The translations under genes and the position numbers were made by a program. 64,000 nucleotides of DNA from Klebsormidium nitens (taxonomy: Eukaryota; Plantae; Klebsormidiophyceae), in NCBI GenBank assembly GCA_000708835.1, contig DF236990.1, positions 124,001 through 188,000 of the forward strand, written 5' to 3'. Shown piece after piece: positions 36,596 to 48,104 of this stretch (its first letter is position 1; every line of letters starts with the position of its first letter). The notes below the pieces were generated by a model. That model saw nothing but the letters and a program-made list of their open reading frames with translations, was not told the origin of the DNA and searched no databases.

Positions 36596-39204
36596 CTAGG
36601 CCTGATCCGCCCGCACAAGGGCACCCTCTTCCGCGCGCCGTGGTTCTTGCTCCACTGGCTGATCGGAACCACGGCGATCCTCCTCGGCTGGATCAACATC
36701 TACTGGGGCCTGGACCGGTACCGCCTCCGGTTTGGCGGTAACCTTCGGGTGGGTTTGCGGACGAAACCCGTTTTTGCTGCTTTTGAAGGGGTTTCCGTTG
36801 AAGTGAGAGATTCTTCGGCAATTTGAGGCATGCTTGTGGTTCCAATTAATTTCATTGTGGTTTGCCAAAGCGGCGCCAGCGATTAGCTGTTTTAGTGTCG
36901 GTGGTCTAGTAGAGTACACTGATTTCCAAGGGGAAGTCTAACTGAGGGCTCTGTTCTGGTCACTGATTACGCAAAGCAAAACCGAAAGGTTTTGTTGAAG
37001 GAAGCAGAGTCCAGATCAATTTTACGTTACCTCTTGACTGCCTGAAGCCCCAAGTGGGCTTTGCACGTAACTCGGATATTTTCGCAGGAGCGTCCTTTGG
37101 TTAAAGAAGACCAGCCCCTTGTTCCTTCGACGCACCGATTACCCTTCTTTGAACCACCACTCAATGTTCCTCGCAAAGATCCAAGACTGCGCAGCTCAAA
37201 CTCTGCTTGTCTCTCTGTCGCTCTCTCACGCAGGTGTGGTACGTACTGTGGTCAATCCTCCTCTCCTTTTGGGCGTTCCTCTTCCTCTTTCTTTCGGACT
37301 GTTACAACTTGAAGACCCAGACAGGTGGTCTCAGGTGGACTCATCGGGGTGTGGCGGGTTCTTCATCCAAGGGAGAAAATCATCCGGGGCCGAACGGAGA
37401 GAAAACTCATCAGACTGATCTTTCCAATCAGAATCGGGATAGTTTGCGCCAGGCAATGGATGCGCAGACGGACGAGGGCGAAAAAGTCTAACTGTGGTTT
37501 TGCAAAAGTAGGGGCGAAAGTTACAAGATTCGGAAGTGTCTAGACTATCGTTGCATGGGTTGGGTGTACAAAGTCAGTGCGCATTTGCATTGGCAGCATT
37601 GAAAGGAGTTGCATAAGGGAGCTAATTCGAGTCGCAATTTTGTATGTCTGTTGATTGCAGTCAAAACGGAGTTAGCTAGCGTGGCGGGTAGATGAACATC
37701 TTTGCATAGAAGGACTCTTCAACATGTTGGTCTAGTAGTAGGCTACCTTCGGCATCATTTAAGCAGTTTAGGCATCCGGTGTTCGTAATCGAAGACGTCA
37801 ATCCAGATGAGTCTTCAACAAACTTCACTTGTGCTGCTTAGTCATACTGGAATAAACGGTCATCTGCCCGGCTGCAGAGTTTTGGCTTCTACGAACTCGA
37901 TCCTGCGTTTCAAGACTGCGCAGCCCACTGAGTCGGAAGTCTCGCGAGATTCAAATCCTTACTGTGCATATTTAAAACTAAGTGCGCGCTAGCTGCATGA
38001 GATAGATAGGTAGTGATGACATATAACCTGATGAGCTAGCTGCTAGCTAGTCCAAGCGCGGCCGCCAGCTATCGTTGCCATCCATGCACCTCCATCGCTT
38101 CAATGCGGCGCAAGCAATTAGGGCAAACACGAAATGTCATGCTCATGCAAGTCATGCTCATTGAATCTTGACGGTGATCAGCGATCCGTCGGACCATTGG
38201 TATTCATATGCTACGTATATGAACGAACGTAAGGACCGGGTACATGTATCTAGCTATGATCTGCCAGCCGGCAATGGCGGCAGTCGCGTACACTTTGTGT
38301 ATAATGGGGCGGCCACCGCGCCCCACGCAGCCATGCATATCATTATCAGCTAGCCGATGAAGTTTGAATCGCCATATTAGCATTACGTACCATTCGCAAG
38401 CCTGTGCGCCGGGCTGCAATTCAGTGACTGCATCGCCCGGCCATATATATGCACCACATATACCGCCTACTCAGGCGCTACTAGGCTAGGACTCGCGATT
38501 AATTCGGACTCGATTGATTGATAACACACGTTCTCATACATGAATCTATTATGCCATGAGATAACAGGCTATGGCCTATTTGGCTACCGCGAGAACGACG
38601 AGAGACCATCGATCGCTTCTCGATCGCGCATGCCATGATGCCTGGCCGGATCATGAGGGTGTGGTATTAAGTGCTACGTTATATAAGCGGAGTGCAATTG
38701 CACATCTGCTATCTTCCACAGAAGTTTTGCGCTAGTGTGCATATCAGACGGTTAATATCCATTGAGACTAGCCTGCTGAACGGCACCGTTATATTGGGGG
38801 CATTGCTTCAATGCAGCTAGTGCGCCAGCCTGTGCAACAACCCTTAAGAGTTTCTGGGCCTGCATGACCTACTAAGCCGCGCCTTGTTGTTCGTAGTACA
38901 TAGTACAAATCATCGCTGCAATCTAATTCGATGATTTGTTGTCTTTGCCGCCAGCCTGATCCTCTTTCCTCAAAGTCTATTCCGAGTCGTTTTGGTCCTG
39001 TGTACGTCACTACATGTATACGGCTCTAGAGCGACTGCATCTAGCTAGTAAACACTAGGCAATGAGTTCTAATGTCGGTTCAATCCAGAGGAACAATGCG
39101 ACCAATATGACAACTCGTTTCCCGATTTCAATTGCAATGTGCTCCCAAAGAATGCTTAGCCACCTTCGCCCAACAAGCAAGTTCACCTCCGTTCAACACT
39201 TTAG

Positions 39205-42200
39205 TTACATCGCCCCAGCAACTCTCAAAAGCATGTTCCGGAAGGCCGGTATACACACGAGTGTCACAGTGACAGCTCCCTTGATCGCCACGGTGAGACC
39301 CGCCACTGCAGCCGCTTCCGGTTCCTCGCCCATCTGAGAGTAAAAAGAGGGGGTCGTCCCGTTTTCAGTCTACTTTCATTTACGTACATGTTAGGCCGGT
39401 CCGCGCTTGTGGAAGAGGTGCTGTACCTTGCCGCTAGGAGACCGTCAGGGGAAAAGAGCTGCGCCAAGCAAAAGCGCAGCGGAGAGTAGCAGCTCTATGC
39501 AAAGGCGCTTGGAAACCCGACCAAGCAGTGCAAGGAATCCAGCACGTTTCTACGCGAGCTCATTCCGGGAGTCAAAATTACTAATATTTGTTCCAAGTCA
39601 TGAGACGCTTGCGAATATGTGGCTATGGCGTGCACTAGACTTCTTATGGTTGCTGTATACACCAACGAGGCTCGCTCACACTCTGGCAACCAGTGACTTC
39701 CAATGAAGCCATTTCAATAGCAGGTGTTGCACCAAACGTCCTTGTTGCGTGATGCAAAACCCTGGACTGCGGTCCTCCAATATCAGTGATGAAGCTGACA
39801 TGAAAGGAACAAAGGACCGGAGAAATCAGCAACCCGTCATGGAATGCATTGAAAGCGCATTCTCACCAAGGAGGATGTTCCGAGCACGTGAGACGACGCC
39901 GCTACGGCAGCTCCGCGGGCGATAGGGTCCCGAACCTGTGGGGCAATTACGACTTTCTGGTAAGTCGGCAATAAGCGGAAGGACTAGACACGGGCTCCTA
40001 GGGTCACTAAAAGTTGCAGCCTAGGGGCTGGGCCTGCGGAACATCAAATGTCAACGAAAGTAAGAACAGACGTCCACGAGAACACCACCACAAAAGGCGG
40101 TCTACTGAGGTGCAGATTGGGAATTTAAGTCGATTCTCGGGTGCCAAAACATGGAAGGCCCCCTGCCCGATATCATTGGGAACACAAGTTTGATGAGTGC
40201 CGTGGGTTGGAGTACGGGACAGGTCTAAAAATTCGAGAACGTACCTGGATAAATTCCTCCAGGATTGCCGGCGGCCACTTACAATCTTCACTTAGCATTC
40301 CACTGTGCGGTCTGATGAGAGATTTGGCGAGCGACGGTACTGATTGAACCACCATTCAGTCCACAAATCAAGACCCTGCTTTTAGAGCAGCCTCTCACAT
40401 CTTCCTCGAACCGGGCTTCAAAACACTGGAACTAGAAACGTTCAAACTAGAAGCGTTCAACAACGGAACCAAACGTCCAAACTCCTAGAACCGCAGCTTG
40501 GTGAGGGGATCTCTCAAAACCAGTGCACACGCCTTCAATCTAAAGGCCGTTGAGCTCCCCACCTTCCAGCTGTCAAGGATGGACCGAGCGGTGTTGAGGC
40601 CGACCGTGCCGCATGCTGTGACGTTCTCCACTACCAGGGGGATGCTGCATGCGAGCGCCGTGGGGCCGGCCATCTCAAGAGCGAGCCCCAGAGTTGTCTG
40701 CGCAAACGAGGTCAAAGAAAGTCAGTGTCGTAAGAGTCATATGAGTGTCGTTCAGGTTCTGAAGGAGAATATAGATTGCCAGCGCGGAGGGACCGACCAT
40801 CTCGAGAGCGAGGCCCAGAGTTGTCTGCAGAAGTCAGTGTTCGTGAAGAAATGTTCGTAAGTATGTCGAAGCTCTGGGTCAGAGTAAAGAAAGCGGCAGT
40901 TTGTTTGGGAGACCATAATGTTGACAGATTCAATGTCTGTGGGACTATGTAGAGGTTGGTGAAGGGGTTTTTAGAGGACTGCCACACGCCAGCGGGGAGC
41001 GGCCATCTCGAGAGCGAGGCCCAGAGTTGTTTGTGCGAAACAACTCGACAAGAGTCAAGAATCGTAAATTATCAGGTGATCGCTTCCTGAAACCAATTTG
41101 ATTGTTAGTGAAGCATTCTCGGAGGTCTCCCGAAAACGACGAACAACACACCGGAGAAGGTGAGCAAAAGTCAAAAAACATCTTGTTCGGAACACATGTT
41201 GGGCAAAGTAGCCGAAAGCCTGAACTATGATGTCTGATTGCGCTTGGAACGGACATGCACAGCTTTGACGCACCGTTTCGGTGAGGAGGGGGACGCCGAA
41301 ATGTGGCGACAGCCCGAGCAGTCGAGTAGCGCTAGCGGTGAACAGGAGGGACCTGAAGACGGCAACGAGAGAACGGTTCAGCGGACTTCTCGAGTCGGCT
41401 CATTAAAGCTTCCGGGTCATTTCCTACTGAGTTTCTCAACCTGATTACATTGCAAGTTGCCAAAGAGCAATAAGGCCCATCGAACAATGGGCGGGTGCTG
41501 AGGTTTCAAGCAAAGAGAAGAGAGGGGAGACTCACAGGGGGGTAATGAGTAAGCAGACGCCCGCTAGCTGTAGCACGGACTTTTTTAGGATCGCACGCTG
41601 GATGTATACCTGCGAAAAATCGAATCACCGGTTGAGATTCCAGAAGCGGAGGTAGTCGGGGCTTTATCCTTTAGAGTTGCAAAGATTCACGGCTGTAAGG
41701 AGAGGCGGTAGCCTTGACGATTAAATGTTCCAAGGAACGTGTTCACAACATGATGTTGCAGAAGCGATACCCGTTCATGTCGCTCAAGAAGTACTAACGT
41801 TTTCGGAACTTGAGAGCGCCATCGCGGCCCCTAGACAACTCTTGACTGGTTCGCAACCGTGGTTAACCTACAGTTTATCTTCCACGCTGGCATTAACACG
41901 CCCCAGCCTTTTCAATAGGTTGGTACCGGAAAAAGGGACGGTTGAGCTCCGTTCAAATACGCCGTTTGATCGACATTGCAATCTGTGACTCTCGAAAGTT
42001 GCGCTGTCCACAGACGTGAGATGTCACTCAGAGCATTGTTATCCATTTCCTCTGGAGTCTAGATTATCAAATTAATGAACCAATGAAGCCTGCGGTGTCA
42101 GACCAACAATTCTTAGAACTTGCGGGTTGAAAAGCGGTTCCAGCTAAGGTTTAAAAGCCGAGACCGGCCACAGAGTGCGGTGAGTTAGGGGTTCTGTGTT

Positions 42201-45200
42201 TCGGCGCTCACCTTGAAACCGAGAGCCGCGACAGCTGGACCGATGAGCATGCTGATCAGCTTAGCCGAGCCCTTCATGTACAGCGTGATTCCGTTGGACC
42301 AGCCCCCGAGGCAAACGGAACCGTAGACGGCTAGGATGCCGGACAGCAGAAGCCCGGACAGGACCGTCGGGCTCAGGACCTTTTTCATACCCTTGGGCAA
42401 TCTGCAATCGAAAGGTGTGGAACGGGTTGACGATGGATGGGGACGTCGTAAACGCTTCTCAAACGAGCTCTTGGTGATGGTTTTCAAGACAACGGGAAGC
42501 TTTTTAGCGAGTACGGAGCAAGCGTGTCGTCTGATCGAACACTCTCGGTCGTTAACGAAGGATAGAATTACCAATAGACCCAACTCAACCATTCGCGGAT
42601 GATCCCTCGCAGAACAGAACAGAACTTAGTATGATCGACACGGCATCCGTGAACCAGGAAGCTGATCCTAGCTTGTACTGAGTATCTCAAAACCGCATGT
42701 GCATAGCGAACCCCGGTAATCTGAGCGCCAAGCTTTCAGAAGAGCCTAAGAACCGGTTCCTCATCAGTGCACGGTATGTCAAGTGCACTTACCAGCTATC
42801 TCAGCCCCACGCAATGAAGGCGAAGCTTTCCATCGTTCCTCCTCAAAAGGAATCTACTTGAGATCCTGATACGATTCTCTCAGAACCATAAGTTTTCAGA
42901 ACAGAACTCTATTCGACGCACTTGCCTGGTACACTGCGTGTTCAGCGTGCTCGTCAAAAACATCGCGGCATGAATGCGAAGCTGCCCTTCGTCCTCCCAA
43001 AAGCGACGGCATTCCAAATCACCAACGTTGAGAACAGGATCAAACGAACTTGGTTTTCAACTCTTAAAAACCCCAAAACCCTCAAAAGCCTTTACCTGGT
43101 GCACTGCATGTAGATCGTGCTCGTCAGGAAGATAAGCCTTGGCGCCATGAAGGCGAAACTTCCCTCGGCCCCAATCGCGACGGCACTCTCACACCAATGT
43201 TGACAACAGGATCAAACCAAAACTAGTTACCATCTCTCAGAACCAAAAACCTTCAAATGCCGTTACCTGGTGCACTGCATGTCGAGCATGCTCGTGAAGA
43301 GGATGAGTCCCGGCGCCATAAAGGCAACTCCTCCCTTGATTGCCAATTAAAAGCAGAGTTTCAGACAAAATGACGAGCATACTGTCGAGTCGGGTATACT
43401 CCTCTGAAAGCTCAAAATCTCTCGGAACCCAACACGTACCTGGTGCACTGCATGTAGATTGTGCTTGTTAAGAGGATTAGCCCCGGCGCCATGAACGCGA
43501 AGCTCCCCCTCGTCCTAGCGAAAGCGGCGGCGCTGCCCAGCAGGACTGTCGCTGCCAGTGCGTGGGCAAGCACCGGAGGCGCTAATCGTTTCGGGTTGGA
43601 GATGCGGCTCGCGAGGTCGTCCAAGAACCGGGCGCCTATCATAGCCGCCTGTAAAGGGAAACGGAAATCTGGTTTAGATGCGGATATCTTGGGGTGTTGG
43701 AACATACTTGGAAAAATGGATTGTTTCGAAGTCGAGTCTTGAAGAAGGGATGTGGCTTGGATGCGGCTCGCGAGGTCACAAAAAAATCGGGCGCCCATCA
43801 TAGCCGCCTGCGGGAAACTTCTCACGAGTGAAACACTGTGAGCAGATAGCTTTACTGATGGGGACATATCTTTTTCCTTAAGGAAGCTTCAGGAATTGTT
43901 TCGTGATGGGGAATGCAGATGGCGGGGTCGTCCAAGAACCTGTCGCAAATCATGGCAGCCTGCGGGAGGGATTGCCTGCCATATAGGAACTTGGAAGCGT
44001 TATAAGAAGTCTCCATGGGCATTTGTGGAAGGGGCGGCTTGTTGGGTACCAGCGACGAAGGGTTGGCACCAGTCAGGGTTGAAGGGACCTGGAGATCGAG
44101 ATCAAAGATTTGAAGTCAGGTGATGTCAGCATGACTATCCCGTGATGAGTGATGTGCGTTGCCTGCGAAGCAGGCGGCGAAGTGAGCTTGGAAACCAATG
44201 CCAAGGCTTCTCGGATTAGCAGCTCACGTTGTGCGACGAAAGGCTGCATGTATGGGACGAGACTTCGTGAATGCTACAACCCCTTTCATGTAAGGCAGGC
44301 GGTGTGACTTGGTCTATGCAACACAGAGGGAACGCTTAAGGAGCGGCTGGCTTGCGGAGTCAAGAGTAATTTCACCATCAAAACTTCTCCAAATGCGACT
44401 TGATTACCATCCAGAGGCATCTGCAAAGGCACCGACTAGCTCTACGTGGAGTGACTTTTTATGGACCCTGGATCAAGTGCGAATCCCAATGTGGCCGTTC
44501 ACGGAAAGTCTGAGTAGCCGCCAGAACGCTCAAACTTTGCCATCCAACAGATTGCAAGGAGTCCGAGAGTCTGCTATAGGTATGGAAACTCAAATCAACC
44601 CGCACGGTCTGAGAATGTGAGGTGAGCGCAGTCCACAAAGTCCTTGCGTTTCTCTCCGCAAACCCTCAGAGAGTCGTGGAAATCCCACCTTCTTCACGTC
44701 CTTCTCTTTCGACCCCATCGCCAGCCCGGCTAGCGCCTTGCTCCCCTGCGCGGCAAACCGCTTGGTCGCCGTCTGCGCCACCGACCGCACCATCTCGATA
44801 CGCTGCTCGTGCGAGAGATTCGGCGGAGGCGCGGTGCGGAGCCGGCCGCCGCGAGCCACCGTAATGCGCTCGACCAGGACTGCGCTGCTCCAGAGTGTGA
44901 AGAGGTACGTCGCGACTGCAGGAGTAAAGAAAGGTTTCAACAAGCTCAACTGAAGCGGGTGGGCGAAATGATTTGGCAGGGGCGCAATGCGAAGGCTCCG
45001 CCGCGAGCGTGTGATATCCGCTCGACCAGGACTGCGCTGCTCCAGAGTGTGGATAGGTACGTCGCAACTGCAGGAGTTTAAAATAGGTGTGAATAAGCAC
45101 CACAAAAGTGGTCGGTATAGAGAAAAGAGGGCGGTTGGGCAGTTTGTTCGGCGGGGGGGTCGGTGCGGAGGCGGCCGCCACGGACGAGTGTTGTCCGCTC

Positions 45201-48104
45201 AACCGGATTGCGCTGCTGCAGAGGGTGATAGGTGCATGGCAATTGGGGGAAGGACGAAGAGGGTGAATAAGCCCTTCCTTTGAAAGCTAAAATTGTTGGT
45301 AGTCCGGAGGAAAAGGCCGGTGAGTAATGATTTGGCATCGGTGCCGTACGGAGCCGGCCGTTGCGGGCCAGGGTGATGTGCGCGACCAGGACGGCGCTGC
45401 GACAGATTGTGAAAACGTACGTGGCACATTGGGGGCAACACAAGAGTGCGAGTACGCTCCACGTTTTGTAATTTAGGTCGTCGGAGTTCCAGGAAACGGG
45501 CGGGAAAGCAAAACTTTGGCGGGGTTGCCGTGCGGAAGCGGCCGTGAATAGAAAGAGTGGGTATCTCAAAAGAGAGCGAGACGGGCCTCTTAAACGGCTT
45601 TTCATGTAACTACCCTCGTAGGCTGAACGAAGTTAGAAACGGAAGGTGGCTGTAAGCCTTCAGTTCAGCTACAGATTATCATTGAGAGGGGCTTCGACGA
45701 TGTTCCCTAGTTGTGGCCTAAAAACGCATATCTGAACTACAGGAGTCACTTGAGGCTGACCTGTAATGAGAGCCACCATTACGAAGTTGAGACCAGTGGG
45801 GATCTCCGCGATTGTAATGCCAACCTGCAATCACAAACCGTCCACTCGATCAAGATAACAAACCTAATCTGTCCGCTCACACGCTCACCAGGAACGCTTT
45901 CACAACAGCAACGAACGTGCATGGATGCAACAACGAATCGGTTTTATTCCCGGTTGACACGAGTTCTTCCGCTAAGAACACTACATTGGTACTCTTCTGT
46001 CATGCACTAACATTACCGGCGCGCTTTGAGCCAAGTTCCATACGTGGTTCCCTCTCTGCTTTTGTTATCAAAGGCCAGATGCTTGCACGTCAAAAACGGT
46101 AGAGAGTGCCGTTGAAATGAAGTCAAAGGATCTCGGTTTTCGACTTACCACGGAGGGAACAAAGAATGCGGGGAGCCAGGCGTCGAAGAAACCAAGAGCA
46201 GGCTCGAAGAGATTGTATACTGCGAGAAGGACAGTGGAAGGAAGAAGTGAGCACACATGCCCTAAAAGTACTGGCGACCATTGCATCCAATCGATATTGG
46301 ATGAAACATGTTCTTCGCTCTTCAGCTAGACATCTATCTAGGTAAATGCAGGTCCTATCAGAAACCGATTTTACCCCAAAGCGGCATACGAGAAATGCTG
46401 ACGGACATTTGTCAACAATTAACCATCAAGGCATGTCCGAATCCAGTACAACATTCCGCAGCTTACTGCTCTTTCTCAGGTATTTTCTGTCGCCCTAAGA
46501 GCCTTTTGTCGCTTGAAGCCTCAAGTTGCGATCTCGGCGTATGTGTGTCACTCTAAATCTTAAGCACTCATTCATTTCGCTGGGCCTTCTTCCGCTCACC
46601 GTGCCTAGACGCGGCATCGGGAGTCGACATCGCCACCGCAATCGCTGCCAACATCAACACTGGCGCGGACACGCGCGCCCCCGACGTTTTCAGGTACGCT
46701 GCCAGCCCCCGCTCGACGCCAACAAGGAAGAAGACGCCCAACGCTGCCTTGCCTGCAAATTCGAAAAGGAGGGGGTAATGTCGGGACTCGACCGGGTGAA
46801 GTTACGGTCCGTCAATATTGAGCTGCCTGGAGCCAGCTGAATATTTTGAGTGGAGGCAGTCTGTGTCGATCAGACCACTCTTTGCTGTGATACACATGAA
46901 ACGAAGCTCAGAAAAGGGTGAGTCTGGAGCTGGACGCAGGCAGCAGAAAAATGAGGGATTTGGGGGGGACTACCTAGAAAAGGGTATGGGACAAGGGGGT
47001 TTGTTTACCCGTATGCTGCCGAAAAGACGGCAAACAGGCCTCTTTCTGCATCATCTCAGCGGACACTGTTCCTTGTTGGTCAGGGCCACTCTTTCCGATC
47101 TTCTGACAACAACTACCCGTGAGGTTAATCAAAGAGGGGGCTCTGACAGTCCGATCGGATGATGACGTATTGCATCCTTGCCTTTAAGTTCTGAAACATG
47201 CAAAGGTCAGCTGCAACAGCAGGCCCCTAGGTAACAACACACCGGTAGACTGAGCATGGATATAGGTTATTAAGTGGATGTGACCTGTAATGCGCGCATG
47301 GCTGGGATCAAACGGGAGGCACAAGTGGGGCAAGAAAGTTCCCTAGCCCCTCGCATCCATCAATCAACGCAGAGCAGCTAGGATCCCTCAGAGTGGTTCC
47401 ATTAAGCACTCATGACACTCTGCCACAAATCGAGCAGATCCTTCGAACAAAGCTCCTGGCCCTACTTAGCGTCTCTTCATACTCATGCCCACTTCTCACT
47501 GCAAAAGAAGTGTAGGAGAGCCCCAACTTTCCGAACCGCAGGCCAACCAAACAGGAGACTCACGCGCTCGTATGGCTTGGGCTGGCGTCGGCTTCACTTC
47601 CGCGAGCGAGATCTGGACTTGCTTCAGCAGCCCCGGCTCTTGCTGCTCCTCCGGACGGTTGTCCGATGACGTCCGATTCGTGCTGGACACCTGAGCGTAC
47701 GCCCCTCTGCGCGCATTCCCAGCTTTGGAACACCCTCTACTGGTAACTAGACCGGGGCTTTCGCCGGCCAGAAAGTTTGAGGAGCGGCTGGCTGGAAGAC
47801 AGAACTTTTGTTTCTTGCGGGCATGCGTGTTACAGGGTGAAGTGCTTTTAGGGTTCAGAAAGTAGGAGGGATCGGACAGAGGCATTGTGGATTTTACGCC
47901 TGTGCCAGGTGGTCTGAAGTCGCATCTCGAATCTAGTTTTTGTAATGGGGCCAGGTTATAGATCTGGGGTTGAGGATGGTAGTGTCTTGCTGATGAGGCC
48001 CGTGCGGTGGTCTGCATTGCTCCTTCTATTGGAAAAAGATCTTCTCTGCACTTGTGCGGAAGGTGCGGTGCCTGCGCTAGGCGGACTCCAAAAGAAGTTG
48101 CCAT
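39205..48104 (-). CDS. LrgA/LrgB-family, PLGG1-like plastid membrane transporter, ~646 aa. Exons 47564-48104, 46600-46752, 46149-46219, 45761-45824, 44689-44915, 43440-43648, 42212-42401, 41536-41609, 41274-41352, 40563-40697, 39867-39935, 39205-39333
   Basis: In-frame splice (1941 nt). Motifs parallel PLGG1: NLFEPALGFFDAWLPAFFVPSV, RLPKGMKKVLSPTV, LIGPAVAALGFKVYIQR, TTLGLAL, VRDPIARGAAVAASSHVLGTSSL, EPEAAAVAGLT. The long first exon could encode a transit peptide. Confidence 0.88.
40690..41050 (-). repeat. Two copies of the acceptor and 5' end of the 40563-40697 exon (copies start 40824 and 41030)
   Basis: The plus strand shows ccatctc(a/g)agagcgag(c/g)cccagagttgt three times (~40672, 40797, 41003). 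Confidence 0.9.
42780..43445 (-). repeat. Four ~170-bp tandem copies of the 3' end and donor of the 43440-43648 exon
   Basis: The plus-strand anchor (a/g)cctggt(g/a)cactgc recurs at ~43439, 43266, 43095 and 42925, with a more decayed copy at ~42792. Periods are 173, 171, 170 and 133 bp. Confidence 0.92.
43640..43975 (-). repeat. Two copies of the acceptor and 5' end of the 43440-43648 exon (copies start 43807 and 43959)
   Basis: Translations AAMIGARFLDDLASRI (true), AAMMGARFFCDLASRI and AAMICDRFLDDP, each preceded by a CAG acceptor. Confidence 0.9.
44900..45440 (-). repeat. Three copies of the acceptor and 5' end of the 44689-44915 exon (~45067, ~45235, ~45425)
   Basis: cgctcgaccaggactgcgctgctccagagtgtg recurs almost exactly at ~45020 and in diverged form at ~45197 and ~45383. 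Confidence 0.9.

Larger units (their letters stand above)
30473..37491 (+). pseudogene. Tandem paralog (copy 2) of the 2xDOMON-cytochrome b561 gene with disabling mutations. Exons 30473/30533-30675, 31172-31277, 31549-31727, 32248-32367, 32913-33174, 33690-33938, 34431-34559, 35234-35445, 35705-35811, 36590-36748, 37234-37491
   Basis: Exon lengths match copy 1 (179, 120, 249, 129, 212, 107, 159 nt). Exon 5 is 262 nt (+1) and gives TGA at 33142-33144. In-frame TAA at 35265-35267 and TAG at 35433-35435. The second heme His is lost (AHVGIQ to GLLAI*). Confidence 0.8.

Noticed and set aside
42780-45440. CRISPR-like or satellite interpretation of the periodic repeats
   Set aside because: The units are diverged copies of adjacent exon ends in a eukaryotic gene, with no constant repeat and unique spacer pattern.
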